19,578 nucleotides of DNA from contig NZ_NVQC01000039.1 of assembly GCF_003044035.1 (NCBI RefSeq), positions 1 to 19,578 of the forward strand, given 5' to 3'. The DNA comes from Candidatus Methylomirabilis limnetica. GTDB taxonomy: Bacteria; Methylomirabilota; Methylomirabilia; Methylomirabilales; Methylomirabilaceae. Shown here one piece after another: positions 1 to 6,333 of the stretch; the stretch's first letter is position 1, and each line of letters opens with the position of its first letter. Below the pieces are notes generated by a model. The model saw nothing but the letters and a program-made list of their open reading frames with translations, ran no database searches and was not told the origin of the DNA. A program made the position numbers and the translations under genes.

Positions 1-35
1 CGGCGCTCTTCCAGTTGTTCAAGTGGTGTTGTCAT
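1..35 (-). CDS. 5' end of an unidentified gene running off the left edge (MTTPLEQLEER...)
   Basis: The reverse complement of 1-50 reads AGATAAGGAGGCCTT-ATG-ACA-ACA-CCA-CTT-GAA-CAA-CTG-GAA-GAG-CGC. An AGGAGG Shine-Dalgarno sits 4 nt upstream of the ATG (complement of 33-35). Only 11 codons are visible, so the product cannot be named. Confidence 0.35.
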   Translation of the reverse strand, partial: MTTPLEQLEER

Positions 36-46
36 AAGGCCTCCTT

Positions 47-73
47 ATCTGATTGCTCAATTAACAATCAGAT
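47..73. promoter_or_regulatory. Perfect 9-bp inverted repeat (ATCTGATTG-N9-CAATCAGAT) in the divergent intergenic region; candidate operator or 5'-UTR hairpin
   Basis: Positions 47-55 (ATCTGATTG) and 65-73 (CAATCAGAT) are exact reverse complements. The repeat abuts the SD of the leftward gene and lies upstream of the TA operon. Confidence 0.3.
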
Positions 74-261
74 GATAGGCCAAAAAAAGGGAAAAGTCAA
101 TATTACCCATAAATTTGTCTTACACCCCCTCGATTTCCCACCATTGACACCATGCACCACCGCGTCTATACTCAGTTCGATAGAGAAAAACCGCGATGAA
201 GGTTCCTACACGTTAATGTCTATCGCTTGAGAATTCAGGAGAGTTGGAGTATCTTTTGGCC

Positions 262-495
262 ATGGCTACAACCGTGGAAAAGCTGGCCGAGCAGGCCATG
301 ACCCTATCGACGGAATCGCGGGCGCGGTTAGCGGACCTTCTAGTGGAAAGCTTGGATGCGCATGAACTTGGGCATATCGACCGACTGTGGGTTGCGGAGG
401 CAAAGCGCAGGCGGGACGAAGTACGAAACGGGCGCGTCGAGGCTATCCCTGGGGACGAGGCTCTCCAGAAGGTGCGTGACGCCGTTCGGCGATGA
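262..495 (+). CDS. Type II antitoxin, putative addiction-module component (the family usually paired with ParE/RelE toxins)
   Basis: MATTVEKLAEQAMTLSTESRARLADLLVESLD...VAEAKRRRDEVRNGRVEAIPGDEA matches the architecture of small 'addiction module component' antitoxins. The ORF track starts at TTG 244, but ATG 262 has GGAG 12 nt upstream. The stop overlaps the toxin start (ATGA at 492-495). Confidence 0.8.
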   Translation: MATTVEKLAEQAMTLSTESRARLADLLVESLDAHELGHIDRLWVAEAKRRRDEVRNGRVEAIPGDEALQKVRDAVRR

Positions 496-791
496 AATGG
501 AATTTCCACCCGGAAGCACTGGAGGAATACCGGGAGGCAACCCTCTACTACGCAGAGCGCGATCCAACGCTTGCCCTGAGATTCGTAGAGGCCGTTGAGG
601 CTGCAATCCGTCGAATTCTCGAATCTCCGGAACGCCTGCGAGTCCTCGATGAGGATGTCAGACGCTGCCTCACGCACGTCTTCCCTTACGGAGTTTTGTA
701 CACTATCGAACCGGAGTTCATCCTTATTGTTGCTGTCATGCATTGTAGTCGTGAGCCGGGTTACTGGAAGCGAAGAGTCGCGACACCATAA
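492..791 (+). CDS. parE: ParE/RelE-family type II toxin
   Basis: This 99-aa ORF reads [25 protein letters not shown]...[29 protein letters not shown], typical of ParE/RelE 'plasmid stabilisation' toxins. It has a 4-nt ATGA overlap with the upstream antitoxin. Confidence 0.85.
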   Translation: MKWNFHPEALEEYREATLYYAERDPTLALRFVEAVEAAIRRILESPERLRVLDEDVRRCLTHVFPYGVLYTIEPEFILIVAVMHCSREPGYWKRRVATP

Positions 792-834
792 CCAGCGGCC
801 GGACTCGACAAAGCGAGTCAGCTCGGCGGCTAGG

Positions 835-978
835 GTTTACCCTGCCGCCACGACTGAGTACGGTCTCCGATTTACCTCAGTGTTGTGGCGAGATAACCTC
901 TTTGCCTGCCAGTTTCACCCCGAGAAGAGTCAAATGCTAGGTTTGCAACTATTGAAGAACTTCGCCTCCCTCACGTAG
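835..978 (+). pseudogene. hisH: 3' remnant of hisH (imidazole glycerol phosphate synthase glutaminase subunit); about the last 47 codons only
   Basis: The frame ending at TAG 976-978 reads [47 protein letters not shown]. This is the HisH C-terminus including the His/Glu 'HPE' part of the class I amidotransferase triad. No upstream HisH sequence is present, in particular no nucleophile Cys region. The rest of ORF 595-978 overlaps parE and is not HisH-like. Confidence 0.7.
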
Positions 979-1701
979 ATGCTGATCATTCCAGCGATTG
1001 ACCTAAAAGGAGGCCAGGTCGTTCGGTTGTCGCAAGGCGATCCCCTGCGTCAAACCGCCTATTCCACCGATCCTATCGCCATGGCCAGAAGGTGGGAGGA
1101 GGAGGGGGCTTCGATCCTGCACATGGTCGATCTTGACGGAGCCTTTTCTGGAACGCCGCAGCAGCTTTCGGTTGTCGCCAAAGTGGCTCAGTCGATCAAG
1201 ATCCCTGTGCAACTTGGCGGCGGGTTACGAAGCCTGGCCGCTTTGGAGCAGGCGTTCGCCTCTGGTATCGAGAGGGCTATTATTGGGACTGCTGCCATAG
1301 AGGATGAGGGGTTCCTGATAGAGGCGGCCAGTCGCTATCCTGGTCGCATCATCCTGGGTATCGATGCCAAGAACGGTAAGGTTGCGGTACGGGGTTGGGC
1401 GGCGAACACTGACCTTCTCGCCTCCGACTTGGCGATACGATCGGCCGATCTGCCACTGGCGGCGATTATCTATACCGACATCGAGCGGGACGGGATGCTC
1501 ACTGGACCGAACGTGGACGCCTTGCGCCGTATGGCTCAGGCAGCTCGCCACCCGATCATTGCTTCCGGTGGGGTTGCCACACTTGACGACCTGACGAGGC
1601 TCGCCAAGCTGGAGCCGACGTACATCATTGGCGCCCTGGTCGGAAAGGCTCTCTACGAGGGCAGATTCTCGCTGAAGGAAGCGATCGCGGCTGCGAGATA
1701 A
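979..1701 (+). CDS. hisA: HisA, ProFAR isomerase
   Basis: 240 aa. [54 protein letters not shown] and IIASGGV are canonical HisA motifs. The ATG directly abuts the hisH-remnant stop, and hisF follows 3 nt after the stop. Confidence 0.95.
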   Translation: MLIIPAIDLKGGQVVRLSQGDPLRQTAYSTDPIAMARRWEEEGASILHMVDLDGAFSGTPQQLSVVAKVAQSIKIPVQLGGGLRSLAALEQAFASGIERAIIGTAAIEDEGFLIEAASRYPGRIILGIDAKNGKVAVRGWAANTDLLASDLAIRSADLPLAAIIYTDIERDGMLTGPNVDALRRMAQAARHPIIASGGVATLDDLTRLAKLEPTYIIGALVGKALYEGRFSLKEAIAAAR

Positions 1702-1704
1702 ACC

Positions 1705-2556
1705 ATGCTGGCTAAACGGATTATACCATGTCTTGACGTCAAAGACGGTCGCGTCGTCAAAGGGACGCGGTTTGTGGACCTCCGGGACGCTGGCGATCCG
1801 GTAGAAGTGGCGGCCCTGTATGACCAGCAGGGAGCTGACGAGCTGGTCTTTCTCGATATCACCGCCTCCTATGAGCGGCGGGACATCTTAGTTGACGTGG
1901 TCCGTCGGACGGCCGACACTGCCTTTACCCCCCTCACCGTTGGTGGCGGGATCCGGACGGTAGAGGATATCCGTACGCTGCTTCTCGCAGGCGCCGATAA
2001 GGTTTCGCTCAACACTGCGGCCGTAGAGCGCCCGGAGTTGCTCACTGAGGCTGCCATGCGGTTCGGAAGTCAGTGCATTGTGCTCGCCATCGACGCGAAA
2101 CAGATCAGTGATAGTTTCGAGTTTAAAGTTTCGAGTTCCGAGTTGGCAGATGCAGGTGGGGTCGATCTTTCAAAGGACCCGAAACTCGAAACCCGAAACT
2201 CGAAACTCCGGTGGCAAGTCTACACCCACGGGGGGCGGACACCGATCGGACTCGATGTAGTTGAGTGGGCGAAGCGAGGGGAGGTGCTCGGGGCCGGGGA
2301 GATCCTGCTGACCAGTATGGATAGGGATGGGACGAAAGATGGTTATGACCTTGCGCTCACGCGGGCGGTGGCAGATGCCGTGACGATCCCAGTCATTGCC
2401 TCGGGCGGGGCCGGCACGGTGGAACACTTGTGCGAGGCGTTGGTGGAAGGCGGTGCCGACGCCGCGCTGGCCGCCTCCATCTTTCACTTCCGTGAATGCT
2501 CCATCGAGGATGCGAAGGCGTACCTGCGAAGCCGTGGCGTCCCGGTGCGTGATTAA
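1705..2556 (+). CDS. hisF: HisF, imidazole glycerol phosphate synthase cyclase subunit, with a ~30-aa in-frame insertion
   Basis: [65 protein letters not shown] and [10 protein letters not shown] are present. At 283 aa it is longer than the ~250 aa I recall as typical for HisF. The excess maps to 2113-2207. Confidence 0.95.
   Translation: MLAKRIIPCLDVKDGRVVKGTRFVDLRDAGDPVEVAALYDQQGADELVFLDITASYERRDILVDVVRRTADTAFTPLTVGGGIRTVEDIRTLLLAGADKVSLNTAAVERPELLTEAAMRFGSQCIVLAIDAKQISDSFEFKVSSSELADAGGVDLSKDPKLETRNSKLRWQVYTHGGRTPIGLDVVEWAKRGEVLGAGEILLTSMDRDGTKDGYDLALTRAVADAVTIPVIASGGAGTVEHLCEALVEGGADAALAASIFHFRECSIEDAKAYLRSRGVPVRD
2113..2207. repeat. Palindromic (MITE/REP/RPE-like) element inserted in frame inside hisF
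   Basis: Arms 2113-2137 (AGTTTCGAGTTTAAAGTTTCGAGTT) and 2183-2207 (AACTCGAAACCCGAAACTCGAAACT) are complementary at 22 of 25 positions, in blocks of 12 and 10 bp. Each arm is itself a tandem duplication of a GTTTCGAGTT unit. The element encodes ...[32 protein letters not shown]... between LAIDAK and WQVYTHGG. Confidence 0.6.
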
Positions 2557-2561
2557 AGGCC

Positions 2562-3254
2562 ATGGAACGATTCGACCTCACGCAAATTCGGTTCGATGAA
2601 TCTGGGCTGATCCCGGCCATTGTGCAGGATGCGGAGAGTGGCCAGGTCCTGACTCTTGCCTACATGAATAAAGAGTCGCTGCGGCTGACAATCGAGACCG
2701 GTCTCACTCATTTTTACAGCCGATCGAGGCAGCGCATCTGGCAAAAGGGGGAAGAATCAGGCCACGTCCAGCGCGTACAAGAGATCTATGTCGACTGCGA
2801 CGAGGATACCTTGCTGATCAAGGCCGAGCAGGTGGTGGCGGCTTGCCATACCGGACGACGGTCCTGTTTTTTCCGTCGCCTGCATCCGGACGCTGAGGTG
2901 CCGGAGGAGTTGATTCGGCAGCAGTTCGATCCTGAGGCGGTCTACGGTGGGAGCCTGGCGATCCTCCAGCAGATTTTCGACGTGATCACGGATCGCAGGG
3001 CCAATCCGAAGACCGATTCGTACGTCTCAGGCCTGTTCGCCAAGGGACAGGATCAGATCCTCAAGAAGGTGGGAGAAGAGGCGACCGAGCTTGTGGTGGC
3101 TTCCAAGAATGGGACGCCGGACGAGGTTATCTATGAAGCGGCGGATCTCTGGTTTCACACGATTGTTCTACTGGGGTACCACGGGATCACGCCGTTAGAG
3201 GTGGCTCGGGAACTGCGCAAGCGCTACGGTAAGAAGAATAAGGCCGAGTACTGA
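2562..3254 (+). CDS. hisI: Bifunctional HisIE (PR-AMP cyclohydrolase / PR-ATP pyrophosphatase)
   Basis: 230 aa. The N-terminal half (GLIPAIVQD...LAYMNKESL...[18 protein letters not shown]...[10 protein letters not shown]) is HisI. The C-terminal half ([28 protein letters not shown]...[13 protein letters not shown]) is HisE. Confidence 0.95.
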   Translation: MERFDLTQIRFDESGLIPAIVQDAESGQVLTLAYMNKESLRLTIETGLTHFYSRSRQRIWQKGEESGHVQRVQEIYVDCDEDTLLIKAEQVVAACHTGRRSCFFRRLHPDAEVPEELIRQQFDPEAVYGGSLAILQQIFDVITDRRANPKTDSYVSGLFAKGQDQILKKVGEEATELVVASKNGTPDEVIYEAADLWFHTIVLLGYHGITPLEVARELRKRYGKKNKAEY

Positions 3255-3266
3255 AAAGGCGAGGAT

Positions 3267-3611
3267 GTGGATACCTGCCTCTTTTGTCAGATAGCAAGCC
3301 GGGAACGTCCCGTCAAGATGGTGTATGAGGACGAGCAGTCCGTCGCCTTCGAAGACATCAACCCGAAGGCGCCTGTCCACATCTTGATTGTTCCCCGGCA
3401 ACACCTCGCGACCATCCTCGATGCGACCCAGGCTGATGATCGGTTGCTGGGGCACCTCCTGTTGGTGGCAAACCTCATCGCGAAGCAGATCGGGATCGCA
3501 GAGCGCGGCTTCCGCCTGGTGATCAATTGTAACAGCGAGGGTGGGCAGGCAGTATATCACCTGCACCTCCACCTGTTGGGCGGGCGGCCTCTCAGTTGGC
3601 ATCCGGCGTAG
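3267..3611 (+). CDS. HIT-family (histidine triad) nucleotide-binding protein
   Basis: 114 aa. CLFCQI...VAFEDINPKAPVHILIVPRQH...HLHLHLLGG contains the HxHxHxx triad. The start is GTG at 3267, because the ATG at 3265 is out of frame and stops quickly. Confidence 0.9.
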   Translation: MDTCLFCQIASRERPVKMVYEDEQSVAFEDINPKAPVHILIVPRQHLATILDATQADDRLLGHLLLVANLIAKQIGIAERGFRLVINCNSEGGQAVYHLHLHLLGGRPLSWHPA

Positions 3612-3714
3612 GACATCCCGCGCCGATCAGAAGCATCAAGCTGCTAATATCCTGCCTAGCCTGAAGCTCTGACCTGACCAGCGAAGCGCTGCCAGGTTCT
3701 TATCGGATCACGTT

Positions 3715-3809
3715 GGAGGCGGAATGGGCCCGGTGGCCCTCCTGGTCTTCAAAACCAGCGAACCCGCTAATAACGGGTTAGTGGGTTCGACTCCCACACG
3801 CCTCCGCCA
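3715..3809 (+). tRNA. selC: tRNA-Sec (selenocysteine, anticodon UCA)
   Basis: A 95-nt cloverleaf folded by hand. The acceptor pairs GGAGGCG with CGCCTCC (7 bp plus a G/A eighth position). The D arm has a 5-6-bp stem with a 4-nt loop (GGGCC-CGGT-GGCCC). The anticodon stem CTGGT/ACCAG carries loop CTTCAAA, giving anticodon TCA. A long variable arm forms from AACCCG-CTAATAA-CGGGTT. The T arm is GTGGG-TTCGACT-CCCAC, followed by discriminator G and an encoded CCA. As I recall it, the overall architecture matches E. coli selC. Confidence 0.88.
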
Positions 3810-3839
3810 ACGCTTTCTTTTTCGGGAGTTTCAGAAAAC

Positions 3840-4426
3840 TTAGAAGTGACGACGTGTCGCGTGGGTGCGGGCAGGCGCGGCATCGAGCCTGTTGATGGCG
3901 GCCCGATTCGAGCCGGGGATCAGGTAGCCGCAGGTGTCCACGGTAATTTGGATGCTGTGATGGCTGAGCTGGTCTTTCACGTAGACCAGGCTCTCCCCAT
4001 CGGCCAGGAACAGGCTGGTGAAGGTGTGGCGGAGACCATGGAAGCGGATGCATCGAAGGCCGGCCAGAGCAGCAAGCACCGTCTGAGGATTGTCCTGCCG
4101 TAGCGGCTCTCATCGAGCCGATGGCCGGCACTATTGCGAAAGACCGGCTCATCGTAATCGAACCCGCGCCCATCGATGGAGAGCTCCGCCTCACGGATCT
4201 CTTTCGCCTGCTGGAAGGCGTGACACAACTGATCTGACATATCGACCCGGCGGATCTTCCTGCTCTTCGTGAGATTGAGCCGCCGCTTCGTGAACCCCAT
4301 GCGAACCTCGATAAAGTTCCCACGGTGACCAACACCGCCCCACTGAAGTCCCTGGATTTCGCCAAGGCGAAGCCCTGTCCTTACGGTGCACCGCGACGTT
4401 CGCTGCCCGTCATGGTGGATGAACAC
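3840..4426 (-). pseudogene. Decayed tyrosine recombinase (phage/island integrase): 5'-truncated, frameshifted, catalytic Tyr lost
   Basis: Frame A (3977-4426) reads ...TGLRLGEIQGLQWGGV...SRKIRRVDMS...EPVFRNSAGHRLDES (catalytic-domain Arg box). Frame B (3840-4079) reads LAALAGLRCIRFHGLRHTF...SHHSIQITVDTCGYLIPG (HxxR box). The frames must be joined near 4080-4100. The expected ...DTYGHL... motif reads DTCGYL, with TGC where the Tyr codon is expected. No N-terminal core-binding domain precedes TGLR. The 3' end lies 31 nt from selC. Confidence 0.8.
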
Positions 4427-4507
4427 TCACCAAGCCCCGTTTTTATGCCTCGCTCGAACGCCCATCCCCTGTCCTCCTGCCTTGTCGATAGACTCACGTT
4501 AGATGAC

Positions 4508-4795
4508 TCAAAAGAATAATAGATAACCGACTACGAGAAAGGGAAAAAGCAAGCCCACGACGATGAACAGGACAATTAGCGGGAGCGTGATGAACCTTCC
4601 GATACCCGCTCTTCCCCCATCGCCAACGGTCAGCTTCGCTGGTGGCGGATTGGGATCCTCTGGTTGTGTTGAAGGATCAAGAAACTTCTCACAGTAGCGA
4701 CACTTGACTGCGATTTGTAAAATCATCTCTCCGCAGAAAGGGCACGGCTTGCGCTCCTGTTGACTACTTTCAGGCTCAATATCTGGCTCGGTCAC
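4508..4795 (-). CDS. Small zinc-ribbon protein with a hydrophobic C-terminal membrane segment
   Basis: 95 aa with a GTG start preceded by GGAGG about 9 nt upstream. It has a CPFC...(12 aa)...CRYC zinc ribbon, a Pro-rich linker, and then IGRFITLPLIVLFIVVGLLFPFLVVGYLLFF. Confidence 0.6.
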   Translation of the reverse strand: MTEPDIEPESSQQERKPCPFCGEMILQIAVKCRYCEKFLDPSTQPEDPNPPPAKLTVGDGGRAGIGRFITLPLIVLFIVVGLLFPFLVVGYLLFF

Positions 4796-4833
4796 CGCTG
4801 CTACCTCCGTATCCGCGCGATTGGCTGTTTCTC

Positions 4834-4980
4834 CTACAGGATAGGCCGATACTTCTCGATCAGGTCATCGAGCGCTTCCCGGATGTAGACGCTCATCGGC
4901 ACTCGGGTCCTCTCGTGCAAGAGCCGGATGCTACAATCCTGAGCCTCCTCAACCATCACGAACAGCTTCACCTTTGGCAT
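4834..4980 (-). CDS. 48-aa ribbon-helix-helix (CopG/Arc-like) protein, absent from the supplied ORF track because it is under 60 aa
   Basis: The reverse complement reads ATG CCA AAG GTG AAG ... CTG TAG = MPKVKLFVMVEEAQDCSIRLLHERTRVPMSVYIREALDDLIEKYRPIL. This has an N-terminal beta-strand (KLFVMV) plus two helices, the RHH pattern. It sits 38 nt upstream of the zinc-ribbon gene on the same strand. A TATAAT (complement of 5004-5009) lies 24 nt upstream of the ATG. Confidence 0.55.
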   Translation of the reverse strand: MPKVKLFVMVEEAQDCSIRLLHERTRVPMSVYIREALDDLIEKYRPIL

Positions 4981-5251
4981 GGCATGTGACCTTCTATGAC
5001 CTCATTATACTGCATCATACCGGCAATCTATGGCATAGGCCTCAACGTGTCAAGGGACAAAACAAGGGACCACGAGATGTTCCCAGGATCCGTCAGGGCC
5101 TATGCAAGCTGGAGAAAGAACTTCGCGACCCCCTGTCCGTGTTCGGGACATCATGGCGCGATTTTCAGCTTTCTTTTGACTTAAACCGTCAACCCGTAAG
5201 AGGTGTTATGATTTGCGATAGCCACACCTCGCTTCGCATGCTCGCCCCACG

Positions 5252-5632
5252 TTAGTAGGGTCGCTGCGTGGCGCACCTTTGCGTCGGCATGGTCCCGACC
5301 GGACGCCCGTACGCGTCAAAGACGGTACTCTGCTCAACCCAGCACACCGGTGGAGGTGGCTGGTAGTAGACCGGCTGCTGGTAGACTACTGGCTGGTAGT
5401 ACACGGGCCGTTGCCATCCACCAAAAATTGTGTCAACAATAGCCACCCCTCCAGCGACCGCCAACGTACCGAGGAATAGATCCCCCGCACTAAAGCCACC
5501 ATGGTGACCGCCGCCGTGCCGGTCATGACCGTACCGCCCGCCGCCGTGCCGCCCACCACCGGCAAAAGCTGTGCCGGCGCCAACAGAAACGAATAGCATT
5601 ACTGCGACTAAAGTAATTGCCAATTTCTTCAT
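5252..5632 (-). CDS. Secreted Gly/His-rich protein with PVYYQP-type repeats
   Basis: The likely start is ATG at 5632 (MKKLAITLVAVMLFVSVGAGTAFA signal peptide) with GGGAGGG about 10 nt upstream. The track ORF extends to 5689. The mature part contains GGGRHGGGRYGHDRHGGGHHGG and then PVYYQPVVYQQPVYYQPPPP. Confidence 0.6.
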   Translation of the reverse strand: MKKLAITLVAVMLFVSVGAGTAFAGGGRHGGGRYGHDRHGGGHHGGFSAGDLFLGTLAVAGGVAIVDTIFGGWQRPVYYQPVVYQQPVYYQPPPPVCWVEQSTVFDAYGRPVGTMPTQRCATQRPY

Positions 5633-5736
5633 GGTAACACCATCCCTCCCCAGCGCGGCGCATAGCACGCACCGAAATGAACTGCTCAAGTTACTTCGTC
5701 CTCATCACCGTTAGACTACACTAAAGCCGGAAAAGA

Positions 5737-6036
5737 TTACTTCCGCTTCGGCTCTGGCAGAGGAACAGCCTTCCCTGGCGCTATCGTGGTTACCTCACCC
5801 TTCTTGTTGGCCTGCTCCGCAAACGTCTTCTCGCATGCGGCCTTGGCTTGGTCCGTGGTCGCCTTCTCGATGCACGCGGCTTTCTGCTCGGTTCTGTTGC
5901 TGCTTGTAGACGAGTTCATGTTGACCGACCCCCCTCTGTTCCGGGACGTCTCGTTAGAGACCTGTGTGGCCCAGGAAATCGACGCCATCGTCAGGCGCAG
6001 ACCGGGGATTGCAACAACCATGAACAGACGTTTCAT
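5737..6036 (-). CDS. Small secreted or exported protein of unknown function
   Basis: 99 aa. A strong GAGGAGGTG SD lies 7 nt upstream of the ATG. The N-terminus is hydrophobic (MKRLFMVVAIPGL...), there are two Cys in a KAACxEK repeat, and the C-terminus is Lys-rich. Confidence 0.55.
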   Translation of the reverse strand: MKRLFMVVAIPGLRLTMASISWATQVSNETSRNRGGSVNMNSSTSSNRTEQKAACIEKATTDQAKAACEKTFAEQANKKGEVTTIAPGKAVPLPEPKRK

Positions 6037-6333
6037 TTCGATTCACCTCCTCACTTTCTATAACCCATTACCCTCATGCCCTTGATCGTTGGTCATCGTC
6101 TACTTCTTACCTTGTGCAGGAGCAGTGCCAAGATTAGAATTCGCTCACAAATGATTCTCCTCAATAGATCTCACGAGTTAGTAGCCATCTCAGCCAGATC
6201 CAGGCGTGTAAGGAAGGGGCACACCCTTTCGGTCACCCGTTTTGAGATATGATCTATCCCAATCGGGGTAGCCCTGAATGTGGCGTTAGTTGCCACATGA
6301 GCATGGTACACTGTGCCCCAGCCTTACAGGTAG

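Noticed and set aside
15-230. 71-aa plus-strand ORF at the left edge
   Set aside because: It has no SD and an implausible composition (MFKWCCHKASLSDC...). It spans a divergent promoter region and overlaps the start of the better-supported leftward gene.
595-834. N-terminal two-thirds of the 127-aa ORF 595-978
   Set aside because: This part overlaps parE in another frame and shows no HisH-like or other protein-like sequence. Only the last ~47 codons (835-978) are a real, relic coding sequence.
3778-4365. 195-aa minus-strand ORF across the integrase region
   Set aside because: It is a third frame through the decayed integrase. It is Arg/Ser/Gly-rich with no recombinase motifs, whereas the two other frames carry the recognisable integrase boxes.
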